64,000 bases of DNA from an uncultured delta proteobacterium (GCA_963745025.1 CAVUWD010000016.1:768001-832000), one strand, 5' to 3'; positions 22,993 through 37,091 are shown, counted from the first letter of the stretch. Translations and numbers: made by a program. The notes: generated by a model from the sequence alone, not told the origin.

Positions 22993-23771
22993 CCCGCGTC
23001 CAGCCCGTCGGAGACTTGGGCTTTCTGGCGATTCGCTTCGTCGACGACCTCGGCAAGCTCGCCGTCTTCACGCTGCAGATCCTCTTCGCGCTCGTCACGC
23101 CTCCGCTCCGCGTGCGCGCTTTCGTGACGGAGATCTTCAAGCTCGGCGTGCTCTCGCTGGTCATCATCTGCGTGAGCGGACTGGCGGTCGGCATGGTGCT
23201 CGGCCTGCAGGGCTACAACACGCTCGTTCGCTTCGGCGCCGAGAACTCGCTCGGCGCGGTCGTCGGCCTGAGCCTGATTCGCGAGCTCGGGCCGGTCCTG
23301 ACGGCGCTCCTCGCTACCGGCCGCGCCGGCTCCGCGACCGCGGCCGAGATCGGCACGATGGTCGCGACCGAGCAGCTCGACGGCCTGCGCATGATGTCGA
23401 TCGATCCCGTCCATCTCGTCGTGACGCCGAAGGCGACGGCGATGCTCGCGGTCATGCCGCTTCTCTCCGCGCTGTTCATCGTCTGCGGGCTCTTCGGCGG
23501 CTACGTCGTCGGCGTCGGGTTGATGGGGCTCGACGGCGGCACCTACATGTCGAGTCTCCAGTCCGCCGTCGACTTTCACGACGACGTACTCGGGAGCCTC
23601 TTGAAGGCGATCTGTTTCGGCGTCCTCGTCGGGCTCATCGCCACCTATCGCGGCTACACCAGCGCGCCGACCTCGGCGGGCGTCAGCGCCGCGACGACCT
23701 CGACGGTCGTCGTGGCCTCGGTCAGCATCCTGATCTTCGACTACTTCATCACGGCTCTCTGGGGGGTGTGA
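22986..23771 (+). CDS. mlaE: Mla permease
   Basis: IRELGPVLTALL, GRAGSATAAEIGTM, TEQLDGL. Confidence 0.92.
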   Translation: MVTRVQPVGDLGFLAIRFVDDLGKLAVFTLQILFALVTPPLRVRAFVTEIFKLGVLSLVIICVSGLAVGMVLGLQGYNTLVRFGAENSLGAVVGLSLIRELGPVLTALLATGRAGSATAAEIGTMVATEQLDGLRMMSIDPVHLVVTPKATAMLAVMPLLSALFIVCGLFGGYVVGVGLMGLDGGTYMSSLQSAVDFHDDVLGSLLKAICFGVLVGLIATYRGYTSAPTSAGVSAATTSTVVVASVSILIFDYFITALWGV

Positions 23772-23775
23772 ACGA

Positions 23776-24282
23776 ATGACCCGGTCGCCCATGCGTGATC
23801 TCCTCGTCGGACTCTTCGTGCTCGCCGGTCTCGGCGCGCTCGCCTATCTGTCGTTCAGCGTCGGCGGACTCTCGTACGGCGGGCCTGGAGGCCTCACGCT
23901 TTACGCGGCCTTCGACCAGACCGGCGGCCTCAAGTCGCGGGCTCCGGTAGTCATCTCCGGTGTGAAGGTCGGACAGGTCAAGTCGATCACTCTCGACAAG
24001 AGCTATCGCGCCCGCGTCGAGCTCGACCTCGACTCGCGATTGAAGATTCCCACCGACACGACCGCGTCGATCGTCACCGCGGGAATGCTCGGCGATCGCT
24101 ACGTCTCGCTGCAGCTCGGGGGCGAGGAGCAGTTCCTCAAGCCCGGCGAATCGCTCACCTTCACCGAATCGGCGGTGATCCTCGAGCGTCTGATCGGCAA
24201 GTTCATGTATGGGCGCACCGGCGGTGGCGCTGGCAGTGGCACCGACAACGGCGGGGGCAGTGCGGAAAAGAAGGGATCGTGA
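23776..24282 (+). CDS. mlaD: MCE-domain protein
   Basis: GGLKSRAPVVISGVKVGQV, TAGMLGDRYV. Confidence 0.92.
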   Translation: MTRSPMRDLLVGLFVLAGLGALAYLSFSVGGLSYGGPGGLTLYAAFDQTGGLKSRAPVVISGVKVGQVKSITLDKSYRARVELDLDSRLKIPTDTTASIVTAGMLGDRYVSLQLGGEEQFLKPGESLTFTESAVILERLIGKFMYGRTGGGAGSGTDNGGGSAEKKGS

Positions 24283-24286
24283 ACAG

Positions 24287-25099
24287 ATGAAGGGGGTGGC
24301 GAAGTGGGTTGGAAACGGCTCGTACCTGTCGGTCTTCCTTGCGTTGACTCTCGCATCCACGGTTCTGGCAGAGACGCCGGAGCCCCACCCCGGAACGCGG
24401 CCCATGCCGCTCCCACCGTTGACAGCGGCGGAGGCGCCTGTTGCCGCTGAGAGCGATCCCCTGGAATCGCTCAACCGGAAGATCTTCTGGTTCAACGACA
24501 AGCTCGACGTCTACGTCCTGGAACCGGTGGCGAAGGGCTGGGACTTCGTCATGCCGAATCGGGTTCAGACATGTGTGTCGAACTTCTTCTACAATCTGCG
24601 CTTTCCCATCGAGACGCTGAACGACCTCCTCCAAGGTAAGGTCCAGTATGCGGTCTCAGACGTCGGTCGCTTCTTTGTGAACACCACCGTCGGCATCGCC
24701 GGCTTCTTCGACCCCGCCACGTCGCTCGGGATGGAGCTTCACTGGGAGGACTTCGGGCAGACGCTCGGCTGGTGGGGCGTCGGTACCGGGCCCTATCTCG
24801 TGCTCCCCATTCTCGGGCCCTCGGACATTCGTGACGGTGGCGGACTGATCGTCGATACCGCCTCGAGCATCACGCCGTTCTTCGTGAGCAGCTACTATCT
24901 CCTGGCCGCCCGGACGGTGGACATCGTCAACACCCGGGCCGTCTATGCCGACACCATCCGCCGGGCGAAGGAAGCGTCGTTCGACTACTACACCTTCGTG
25001 CGCAACGCCTACCTGCAGCGCCGGGCTGGCCTGGTCAACGATGAGGCGCCAGCCACGGAGAAGGGCCAGGAGGAACTGTACCACCCCGAAGGCGATTAA
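24287..25099 (+). CDS. mlaA: VacJ/MlaA family protein
   Basis: DPLESLNR, EDFGQTLG, GPYLVLPILGPS. Confidence 0.92.
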   Translation: MKGVAKWVGNGSYLSVFLALTLASTVLAETPEPHPGTRPMPLPPLTAAEAPVAAESDPLESLNRKIFWFNDKLDVYVLEPVAKGWDFVMPNRVQTCVSNFFYNLRFPIETLNDLLQGKVQYAVSDVGRFFVNTTVGIAGFFDPATSLGMELHWEDFGQTLGWWGVGTGPYLVLPILGPSDIRDGGGLIVDTASSITPFFVSSYYLLAARTVDIVNTRAVYADTIRRAKEASFDYYTFVRNAYLQRRAGLVNDEAPATEKGQEELYHPEGD

Positions 25100-25123
25100 G
25101 TGTTCAAAGGACTGCGGAGGAAG

Positions 25124-25750
25124 ATGGCCGTGAAATCACGTCGATTCTGGTCGATGTCGGGGCTCTTGGTCGCGTTGTTCGTGATGCTCGCGCGAACGGC
25201 GCCCGCCGCGGACTCGCCGCGCGACGTGGTGCGCCGGATGAGCGATGCGGTCATCGCGGTGCTGCAGGAGAAGAATCTCTCAGCCGACGCGAAGCGCGAC
25301 AAGATACGCGGCATCGTTGAGGGCTACGTCGACTTCGAGACGATGGCGCGCCTGGTGCTGGCGCGCAACTGGAACGGCCTCGACGACTCCAAGCAGGGGG
25401 AGTTCACCGAGGAGTTCAAGCGGCATTTGTCGGTGACGTACGGAAAGAACGTCGAGACGTACAACAACGAGAAGGTGCAGATCACGGGCGACCGTGACGA
25501 GGGTCGCGGCGATTGGACCGTGCAGACGAAGATCCTTCATCCGCAGGGCGGCGGCGACGACATCCTGGTCGATTACCGCCTGCGTCAGTTGAGCGGCGAG
25601 TGGAAGGTCATCGACGTCGTCATCGAGCGAGTGAGCTTGGTGTCGAACTTCCGCTCGCAGTTCCAGGAAGTGATGGCGAACGGCGGCATCGACCGGCTGC
25701 TCAAGTTGCTGCGCGAGAAGAACGCTGCCGGGCAGCCGTTGAAATCGTAG
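25124..25750 (+). CDS. mlaC: Periplasmic phospholipid shuttle
   Basis: DFETMARLVL, VDYRL...WKVIDVVIE...NFRSQF. Confidence 0.9.
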   Translation: MAVKSRRFWSMSGLLVALFVMLARTAPAADSPRDVVRRMSDAVIAVLQEKNLSADAKRDKIRGIVEGYVDFETMARLVLARNWNGLDDSKQGEFTEEFKRHLSVTYGKNVETYNNEKVQITGDRDEGRGDWTVQTKILHPQGGGDDILVDYRLRQLSGEWKVIDVVIERVSLVSNFRSQFQEVMANGGIDRLLKLLREKNAAGQPLKS

Positions 25751-25759
25751 GACCCCTTC

Positions 25760-25812
25760 GGCTACCGGCTACCGGACAGAATCCGCGAAGTCCTTGTCTG
25801 TAGCCCGTAGCC
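25760..25812. repeat. Heptamer-armed intergenic palindrome (copy 1)
   Basis: ggctaccggctacc...core...gtagcccgtagcc between convergent genes. Confidence 0.75.
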
Positions 25813-26241
25813 CTACTTCTTTTCAGCGTTCCACGGGCCGACGCCCGAGATCCGTTCGGGAACGATGCGGGTGATGTAACCGGCGCGGCTGCGAATCGCC
25901 TCGGGCGGGAAGACCGCATCGGGGCTCATGTAGATTTTCGCCAGCCGCTGAAGAAGATCGGCCGCACCCCCTTCGGTGATGCGCGCGTTGCCGTAAACCA
26001 CGAGGTACTCGCGAAGCCCCATGGGATTGCGGCCGTGGCCGAGGAGCGAGAGCGCCACCCGCGCATCGCGGCGGACGTTCTTCACCTTGTGCCACACCCC
26101 CATGTGACCGATGACGAATTCCTCGCCATCGATCCCTAGCCACACGACAGTGACCTGCGGGCTGCCATCGGCATTGAGCGTCGTCAGATGTGCGAGCGGG
26201 CCGGTCGCAACCAGATCGCGGACCGAAGAGGGGATCTTCAT
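25813..26241 (-). CDS. PPOX-class (probably F420-dependent) oxidoreductase
   Basis: LTTLNADGSPQVTVVW, KVKNVRRDARVALS. Confidence 0.85.
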   Translation of the reverse strand: MKIPSSVRDLVATGPLAHLTTLNADGSPQVTVVWLGIDGEEFVIGHMGVWHKVKNVRRDARVALSLLGHGRNPMGLREYLVVYGNARITEGGAADLLQRLAKIYMSPDAVFPPEAIRSRAGYITRIVPERISGVGPWNAEKK

Positions 26242-26636
26242 GGCATCGGTTTCTCCTTCTCCGCTTCGGCGGTCACGACGCGCACGCGATACGGGAGCAG
26301 CATCGCATAGACATCGTAGCCCTCTCGCGCGCGAAGGTTGAGCTCGCGCTCGAAAGACGGCTCGAGCGCCTTCGCGAGGGCCCCGCCGAGCATCGATCCG
26401 AGCGCGTTACCGAGCACCTCGAACGGGTGATCCGAGTTGGCCTTTTCCGGCGAAGCCCGTAGCGGCACCGTGACCACGTTGGTAACCGGGTTCACCGTGA
26501 TCGCGTCGCCGGGATTGCCGACCAAGCGCTTACTCCGCAGGTCCCCGGCTTGCCGGCGCGCATCGGCGACACCGTACAGGTGCCAACCGAAGACGAGGCA
26601 GACGACGATGCCGAGAACGACGAGCATCCGTGACAT
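26238..26636 (-). CDS. Hypothetical membrane-anchored protein
   Basis: N-terminal TM helix; stop overlaps the next start. Confidence 0.6.
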   Translation of the reverse strand: MSRMLVVLGIVVCLVFGWHLYGVADARRQAGDLRSKRLVGNPGDAITVNPVTNVVTVPLRASPEKANSDHPFEVLGNALGSMLGGALAKALEPSFERELNLRAREGYDVYAMLLPYRVRVVTAEAEKEKPMP

Positions 26637-26825
26637 GGAGAGAAGTCTATTGGCGGAAACGCGCCTTGCATAGCCCGCCGGTGCCTGACCCCGCGTCCGT
26701 GGCCACGAGAAAACCCCCTTGAGATCGCGGTCGATGCCCTCTCCGACTGGCTCGACGAGCGCTTCCCCTGCTGAACCGGCGCGACTATTCTCGGCCCAAG
26801 GACTTTAAGGACCCGGGGGAGATCC

Positions 26826-27473
26826 ATGGAGCCACTGCAACAGCTCGGTCTGGCGATGGGCACGGCGTGGACGTCAGGAATCAACCTCTACGCCACGGTT
26901 GCCGCCCTCGGTATCGCTCAAGCGTCCGGTCTCGTTCAGCTTCCGCCCGGCCTGGAGGTTCTCGCCAACCCGGCGGTCATCACCATCGCGGTCGTCATGT
27001 ATTTCATCGAGTTCTTCGCCGACAAGGTGCCGTTCGTCGACAGCGGCTGGGACGCCGTGCACACGTTCATCCGTGTTCCCGCGGGCGCGCTGCTCGCGGC
27101 GCGTGCGCTCGGGCCGACCAATCCCGCGCTCGAGGTCGTCGCGGCGCTCGCCGGCGGAAGCGTCGCGCTCGCGGCGCACGGAACCAAAGCCACCGCACGG
27201 CTGGCGATCAATGCCAGCCCCGAGCCCTTCACGAACTGGGCGGCGAGCATCGCCGAGGACATCGTCGCATTCGTGGGTGTCTGGGCCGCCTTCCAGCATC
27301 CCTACGTGATGCTCGTGCTGGTGATCGCGTTCCTCGCGCTGGCGATCTACTTGCTGCCGAAGACCTTCCGCGGATTGCGTACGCTCTTCCGAAAGATCAC
27401 CGGGCGGGACAAGACGGCTACCGGTGACCGGCTACCGGCTACCGGGAAAGACTCTGCTATGCCGTTCGGGTAG
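26826..27473 (+). CDS. DUF4126 family membrane protein
   Basis: SGINLYATV, EFFADKVPFVDSGWD, SPEPFTNW...ED. Confidence 0.85.
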   Translation: MEPLQQLGLAMGTAWTSGINLYATVAALGIAQASGLVQLPPGLEVLANPAVITIAVVMYFIEFFADKVPFVDSGWDAVHTFIRVPAGALLAARALGPTNPALEVVAALAGGSVALAAHGTKATARLAINASPEPFTNWAASIAEDIVAFVGVWAAFQHPYVMLVLVIAFLALAIYLLPKTFRGLRTLFRKITGRDKTATGDRLPATGKDSAMPFG

Positions 27474-27496
27474 CCGGTAGTCGGTCACCGGTAGCC
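27416..27496. repeat. Heptamer-armed palindrome (copy 2), overlaps the DUF4126 stop
   Basis: ggctaccggtgaccggctaccggctacc...ggtagccggtagtcggtcaccggtagcc. Confidence 0.8.
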
Positions 27497-27698
27497 ATTC
27501 AGGGCCGCATCTTCGGCCCAAGCGAGCCAATCTGCGCATCGTAACGGATCAGCGTGCAGGGTGCTGTCAAGGAGTCCCGTCCGCGGGTGGGGTTTGTGCA
27601 GGGTGCCGGAGCGATCGGCTGGCACGGCGATCCGCCGCGAATGTGACGCCGCGACACGCCGTCTTGCAGCGTGCGCTCCGTACTCGCACAATCGTCGC

Positions 27699-28538
27699 AT
27701 GCTCGTCGAGCCGGTTCCCGCCGCGACCGTCGTCCTGCTGCGCGATTCGTCTCGCGGACCGGTGGTCTTGATGGTCCGTCGGCACGCTCGCGCCGGCGAT
27801 TTCGCCGGCGCGAGCGTGTTTCCCGGAGGGCTCGTCGATCCCGGCGATGCGGATCCCGAGCTGGCACCTGCCGAGAGTAGCTTCTCGGTCGAGAAGGCAC
27901 TCGCCTGCCTCGGAGAAGCGCTGCCCGCAGCCGAGGCACGCGCGCTCTACGTCGCAGCCTGCCGCGAGCTCTTCGAGGAAGCGGGGCTTCTGCTCTCGAG
28001 CCAGGTCACGGACGCCGCCTTCGTTCGGCTCTGCGCGCTGCGATCGGGGCTACAGGCGGGAACCGAGAGCCTGCGGGCGGCGCTCGTGGGTGAAGGATTG
28101 GTGCTCGCGCTCGATCGCCTCCTGCCGTTCGCGCGCTGGATCACGCCGGAGCTCCAGCCGCGTCGCTGGGACACGCGCTTCTTCGTAGCCGAGGCTCCAC
28201 AGGGTCAGGTCGCGCAGTGCGACGGCACCGAGACCAGCGAGGCGGCGTGGCTCCGTCCCGCCGACGCCCTCGAGGCATATCGCGCCGGAAAACACTTGCT
28301 CGCCCCGCCGACGTTTCGAGTGCTCGAGGAGCTCTGCGAGTTCCGAACCCTCGCCGACGCCCTCGAGTCGTTGCGCGCGGCGGGACCACCGCGGCCAATC
28401 CTCCCGGTGACGCTGCATGGCGCTCCCACCCTGACCATGGTCTACCCGGGAGACCGCGACTACCCTCCCGGTAGCGGGGGCAGCGGTTTGAATCGGCTCA
28501 TCCTCGACGGCGGGCGTTGGAGGAGCGAGCGGAGCTGA
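27699..28538 (+). CDS. NUDIX hydrolase (NUDT19-like)
   Basis: PAATVVLLRD, VFPGG, RELFEEAG, WITP...RWDTRFF, LAPPT. Confidence 0.88.
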   Translation: MLVEPVPAATVVLLRDSSRGPVVLMVRRHARAGDFAGASVFPGGLVDPGDADPELAPAESSFSVEKALACLGEALPAAEARALYVAACRELFEEAGLLLSSQVTDAAFVRLCALRSGLQAGTESLRAALVGEGLVLALDRLLPFARWITPELQPRRWDTRFFVAEAPQGQVAQCDGTETSEAAWLRPADALEAYRAGKHLLAPPTFRVLEELCEFRTLADALESLRAAGPPRPILPVTLHGAPTLTMVYPGDRDYPPGSGGSGLNRLILDGGRWRSERS

Positions 28539-29169
28539 AGAGCTCGAGCTGCACGGCATGGATTGGCGCCGCGGGAGCTTTCCGCGGGACCTTGGGCGGC
28601 TCACGACGGATCGAGCGGCCGCCGGGAATGTCGGCGCCACTGCGCTCGAGGGAGTGGAGCAGTGACGATTCGCGGGCGTGGAAGCCGAGGGTGTGCAGCG
28701 AATGCGGCAGGTCGAGAAGCGTCATGTCGACGTGGTGGCAAACCTCGTGAAGCAGCGTGCGCAGGAACGTCCGCGGCTTGACCACGCGTCCGTGCGCGGC
28801 CGTGAACATCCACACCTTGATCTGCGATTCGCCGCCGTCGAGGCGAGTATACAGTCCGTGGAATTCGCTTTTCGCCACGCGCGGCCGTATGCGGAGCACC
28901 TTGACTCGCGGAGCGCGGGGCACACGGCGCGGGCTTTGCGCCGAAAGCCGCGCGCAGATCTCGTCGACCAAACGCTGCGCTGCCCTGCGGGTCCTCGCCG
29001 GCGACTCGCTGGCGATTGCCGCCACAAGCTCTTCGGCCGCCGCGCCGAGCACCGGCGCCGGCAGGAGCGGCAGGCCCCGGCGCTCATCCGAGCGATCGTA
29101 CTCGCGCTTTTGCTCCGCGCTCAGTCGGCGGTAGAAGTGCAAACGGCGCTGCGGCTCTTGCGGCTTCAC
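28498..29169 (-). CDS. Hypothetical HExxH zinc-metalloprotease-like protein
   Basis: TLLHEVCHH...HTLGF; GTG start overlaps the truA stop. Confidence 0.7.
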   Translation of the reverse strand: MKPQEPQRRLHFYRRLSAEQKREYDRSDERRGLPLLPAPVLGAAAEELVAAIASESPARTRRAAQRLVDEICARLSAQSPRRVPRAPRVKVLRIRPRVAKSEFHGLYTRLDGGESQIKVWMFTAAHGRVVKPRTFLRTLLHEVCHHVDMTLLDLPHSLHTLGFHARESSLLHSLERSGADIPGGRSIRREPPKVPRKAPAAPIHAVQLELFSSARSSNARRRG

Positions 29170-29924
29170 GACTCGTCCGCCGCGCAGGGTCCCGCGTAGG
29201 TCACGCGCATCAGGCAAAGCCCTTGGGGGGGCGCGGTCGGTCCCGCCCGGGTACGGTCTCGTTCCACGAGCAAGGCCTGAAAATCCTCGACCGAGCGCTC
29301 GTGACGACCCACTTCGACGAGCGTGCCAACGATCGTCCGCACCATGTGGCGAAGAAACGCGGTCGCAGTCACGCGGTAGACGATCTCACCGTCGTCGTCT
29401 CCGAGGTCGCTCTCGAGCACCCGCCGGATGGGGTTCTCCGCGTCACAGTCGGATGCCTGAAACGAGGAGAAATCGTGCTCGCCGACGAGCATCCTGGCTG
29501 TATGGCACATCGCCGCGACGTCGAGCGGCGTGTGTACGTGCCACGCATAGCGGGCGCTGAACGGAGACGGCCACGGAGCGTTGTGAATGCGATACTCGTA
29601 GCTCCGGCTCCGCGCGTCACGCCGCGGATCGAAATCGTCGGCGGCGCGGCGAAGATCGCGCACCACGATTCCACGCCCGCAGAGCGCGTTGACACCGCGG
29701 TGAAGCGAGGATAGCTCGATCGAGCGCTCCGTCGAAAAAGCGGCGACCTGCCCCCGGGCATGCACACCTGCATCCGTACGTCCTGCGGCTTCGAGCCGTA
29801 CGGCTTCGCCGAGGATCGTCGACAGCGCCTTCTCGAGCGCCCCCTGAACCGTCGGCCGGTCGGGCTGGATTTGCCAGCCGAAGTAGTCCGTGCCGTCGTA
29901 CTCCACGACCATCGCCAGGCGCAT
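29166..29924 (-). CDS. truA: tRNA pseudouridine(38-40) synthase
   Basis: YDGTDYFGWQ, GRTDAGVHA, FLRHMVR, TAPPQGL. Confidence 0.95.
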   Translation of the reverse strand: MRLAMVVEYDGTDYFGWQIQPDRPTVQGALEKALSTILGEAVRLEAAGRTDAGVHARGQVAAFSTERSIELSSLHRGVNALCGRGIVVRDLRRAADDFDPRRDARSRSYEYRIHNAPWPSPFSARYAWHVHTPLDVAAMCHTARMLVGEHDFSSFQASDCDAENPIRRVLESDLGDDDGEIVYRVTATAFLRHMVRTIVGTLVEVGRHERSVEDFQALLVERDRTRAGPTAPPQGLCLMRVTYAGPCAADES

Positions 29925-29938
29925 GTCGATCGGCGGCG

Positions 29939-30969
29939 TCAGCCACCGGGCGCTTTTGCCGGTGCCGGACCCCTACTCCTCAGCAAGAGACCCTCGACGA
30001 GTGCCACTGCTGCGAGCGCCCCTCCTTGCCGTACGTTGTCGCCCAGGAGCCAGAGATGGAGCCACTTCGGATCGCAGGCTTCCTGCCGCAAGCCAACGAC
30101 GAGAATTCCGTCCGTGTCCAGCGCATCCAAGGTGGTGAGTCGCTCGCTGCCACCGTCCGCAACCACTAAGGATGGCGTCTCGCGAAGGATCGAGCGCGCC
30201 TGATCGCCGAGCGCCGGCGACTGGAACTCGACCGACAGCGAAGCCGCCTGTCCGAAGAACATCGGCACCTCGACGACGTTGGCCGCGACCGGCGCGACGG
30301 CGCCGATCAACTGCGAGATCTCGGCACCGACCCGGCGAGACGTGCTTGCCGAATCGGAAGAGACGTCTGGCGCGCAGCGAAACGCCAGCTCCGGGAGAGA
30401 TGCGTCGCTCTCCGGCTCGCGCAGATTCAGCAGGGCGAGCGTCTCCTCGCTCAGACGCTCGACGCGCTTTCGTCCGAAGGCCGACGCGGAAACCAGAAAC
30501 GTGGCGATGGCACGCTCGATCCTTCCGAGCGGCGCGAGCGCACGCAGGGGCACGGCCACGAGCCGCGACAGGGGATCCGGCACGCGCACGCGAAGACCGC
30601 CGCTCGCTTGCCAAGCCGTCGGCGCGAGGTCGCCCACACCCAGCACGACCGGCACCCCGGCGTCACCTGTCGATTCCGGCGCCAGATCGATCGCCACCGC
30701 ACCCTCGGCTGCCAGCCGAGAGCCGACCTTCCGGCTGATCTCGGGCGTGGCGCAGAGAAACACGACGTCCACCTTCGGCGGCGCCTCGGGAAACCGCTCG
30801 ACTCGCCTGACTTCGCCGCGAAAGTCGACCTCTGAGCCCTCGGAATCCTCCGCGGCGTACAGCAGAAGATCGGCTACCGGGAAGCCGCGTTCGTCGAGCA
30901 GCGCTACGATCTCGCTGCCGACGAGTCCCGTGGCGCCGACCACCGCGACCCGGAATGCTCGCCCGTCGC

Positions 30970-30973
<4 letters not shown>
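29939..30973 (-). CDS. Aspartate-semialdehyde dehydrogenase-like protein lacking catalytic residues (Usg-like)
   Basis: [11 protein letters not shown] and DNVRQGGAL present; NPNC replaced by VPDP and the catalytic His region reads FFGQ. Confidence 0.75.
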
Positions 30974-32067
<1,094 letters not shown>

Positions 32068-32079
32068 GATCGCAGACTG

Positions 32080-32166
32080 GGCTACCGGATACCGGATACC
32101 GGTACCGGCTTCCGCAAGAGAGTTCACGGCGTCTTTGCGGTAGCCGGTAGTCGGAAGCCGGTAGCC
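32080..32166. repeat. Heptamer-armed palindrome (copy 3)
   Basis: ggctaccggataccggatacc...gcggtagccggtagtcggaagccggtagcc between leuA and leuB. Confidence 0.8.
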
Positions 32167-32175
32167 TTCCTGTCC

Positions 32176-33757
<1,582 letters not shown>

Positions 33758-33799
33758 GGTCTCTCTCCTCTTCTCGTCGTTGATGGCGGCTGTTCCTCG

Positions 33800-33837
33800 A
33801 AACAAAAAAGCTACGGGGGAGAGCCGCCCGTAGCTTT
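33800..33837 (-). terminator. Intrinsic terminator of the leu attenuator
   Basis: Minus strand aaagctacggg-cggctctcc-cccgtagcttt followed by a T-run, ~45 nt before the leuA ATG. Confidence 0.8.
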
Positions 33838-33885
33838 CGCCTCACCGGTCACGGGCGGGTTCTCCGCCCATGACGTCCTTCCGGC

Positions 33886-33981
33886 TTATCCGCTGACAGC
33901 GCGGTCGGACGCGACGGGCGGGAGGCTAAGCAGCCCTCCGAGCCCGAGAAGCAGCAATCCGATCGCCTTTCCGGTCCGCAT
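33886..33981 (-). CDS. leu operon leader peptide MRTGKAIGLLLLGLGGLLSLPPVASDRAVSG
   Basis: 31 aa with 8 Leu, including 4 consecutive codons (TTG CTG CTT CTC); lies between promoter and terminator. Confidence 0.8.
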   Translation of the reverse strand: MRTGKAIGLLLLGLGGLLSLPPVASDRAVSG

Positions 33982-33991
33982 TTCGCATCCA

Positions 33992-34020
33992 GCATTACTG
34001 GCCTATGCGCGGCTTGTCAA
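33992..34020 (-). promoter_or_regulatory. Putative sigma70 promoter for the leu leader
   Basis: TTGACA-17 bp-TAATGC on the minus strand. Confidence 0.6.
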
Positions 34021-34833
34021 GGAGAGGCGGCTCCGCTGCGGTTTACCAAGCTCGTGGGCCCGCGATTCACGCGGCGCAGACGCCGTGCGCGCCGCACGAG
34101 CCACCAAACGGGCCCGGAGACGAGGTACAAGGAGATCGAGGAGAAGAGCGCGAGCTGGGGCTCGGCGATCACCAGCTTGAACGCGACGATGATGGCGATC
34201 AGCAGCCAGAACGGCTGCCGGTTGTGCCAGTGGACGTCCTTGAAGCTGTAGTACGGAACCTCGCTCACCATCAGGCCCGCGAGCGAATAGATCAGCAGCA
34301 GCAGGATGATGTGCTTGTGCGTCGCGCCCTCGCCGCCGAAGAAGTAGTAGAGCAGCACGGTCGCAACGATCATGTCCGCCGCGGCGGGGATCGGCAGGCC
34401 GACGAAGGCCCGCTTCTCGACCGACTCGACCTGAACGTTGAACCGGGCCAGACGCAGCGCTCCGCAGGTCACGTAGAGCGAGGCGGCGAGCCAACCCCAC
34501 GTTGCCCATGGCTCGAGCGCCCACTTGTAGACCAGGATTCCCGGAGCGACACCGAACGCGACGAGATCGGAGAGCGAATCGTATTCGACGCCGAAGCGGC
34601 TGGCGGTTCGCGTCAGCCGCGCGATCCGGCCGTCGAGGCCATCGAACAGCGTGCGCGACGAGGATCATCACCGCGGCGAGCTCGTAGCGGTCGGCGAAAG
34701 TCGAGATCATCGAGTAGAATCCCGCGAAGAGCCCGCCGGTGGTGACCAGATTCGGCAGCAGGTAGACGCCGCGGCGAAGCGGGCTGTCGTACCCGCCGCG
34801 TCCGCCAAGCACGTGCAGCGGTTCTCTCGTCAT
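34017..34833 (-). CDS. pssA: CDP-diacylglycerol-serine O-phosphatidyltransferase (frameshifted)
   Basis: YLLPNLVT, DGLDGRIAR, ALRLARFN, FVGLPIP; adjacent to psd. Confidence 0.9.
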
Positions 34834-35467
34834 ACGAGATACTCCGCGAGGATCCCCGAGCCCGCTCGCACCCGCTCTCCGACGCGAACGCAGATCCGCG
34901 CCGAACGCGAAACGTAGACGTCGACCCGCGAACCGAACATGATCAAGCCGAAGCGAGCACCCCGCTCCACCCGTTGCCCCGGACGCAGGCGGCAGATGAT
35001 GCGCCGCGCGAGCAAGCCAGCGATCTGAACGAGCACGAGCACTCGTCCGCGTTCATCGCGCAGCACCACCTCGTTGCGCTCGTTCTCGATCGAAGAACGC
35101 TCGTTGTGAACGCCGCGAGGAACCGCCCGGGGGTATGCCTCACCGACAGCACCTCGCCGGCAACGGGCGCACGGTTCACGTGCACGTTGAGCGGCGACAT
35201 GAAGATGCCGACGCGCTGAAACGCCTCGCCGGGAAGCGTCTCGGCATGAGCCTCAGCGTCGACGGCGACGACGCGGCCGTCGGCCGGCGACAAGACGCGA
35301 TCTTCGCCGATCGGAATGTCGCGCTCGGGATCGCGAAAGAACGCGGCAACCGCGAGCGTGAGAATGAGCATGCAGAACCCGACCCACCAGAAGCCGAGCA
35401 GGTTGGCGACGAACGTCGCCAACCCGAGCGGAATCACGAAGGGCAGGCCTTCCCGGGCGAATTTCAT
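34830..35467 (-). CDS. psd: Phosphatidylserine decarboxylase (frameshift near 35100)
   Basis: FFRDPER, SPADG, FMSPLNVHVNRAP, FGSRVD. Confidence 0.92.
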
Positions 35468-35475
35468 GGGCAAGA

Positions 35476-35534
35476 GCTACGGGCTACGGGCTTCGCGAAG
35501 CGACCGCGAAGGCTTTGCCTGTAGCCCGTAGCCC
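35476..35534. repeat. Heptamer-armed palindrome (copy 4)
   Basis: gctacgggctacggg...gtagcccgtagccc between ilvC and psd. Confidence 0.75.
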
Positions 35535-35535
35535 A

Positions 35536-36555
<1,020 letters not shown>

Positions 36556-36559
<4 letters not shown>

Positions 36560-37091
36560 GCCACCTTCTCTTTCGCCGGACGGGCCCCGTGCTCCGCCGG
36601 TCTCGGTTCCCGCGCACCATCGCCACACGACCCGTGCGCGCGATCTCCAGGATGCCGATCGGCTGTCAGCAGCTCGATCATCGCCGTCGATCTTCTCCTC
36701 GGCGCCGGTGACCTCGATGATGTACGACTTCGACGCGACGTCGATGATCTTCGCGCGGAAGATGTCGACGATGTTCATCACCTCGCCGCGCGTCCGCTCG
36801 TCCGCCGTCACCTTGATGAGCACGAGCTCGCGCTCGACGTGCGCCGCGCCCTTGAAGTCGATGACCTTGATGACGTGGACGAGCTTGTTGAGCTGCTTGG
36901 TGATCTGCTCGAGGACCTGATCGTCGCCGCGGGTGACGAGCGTGATGCGCGACACCGTCGGATCGAGCGGTTCGGCGACGCGACAGGCTCTCGATGTTGA
37001 AGCCGCGGCCGCTGAACAGCCCGGCGACACGGGCCAGCACGCCGAACTCGTTCTCGACGAGAACGGAAAGTGTATGCTGCTGTTTTGTCAA
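36556..37091 (-). CDS. ilvN: Acetolactate synthase small subunit (frameshifted)
   Basis: [50 protein letters not shown]. Confidence 0.92.
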
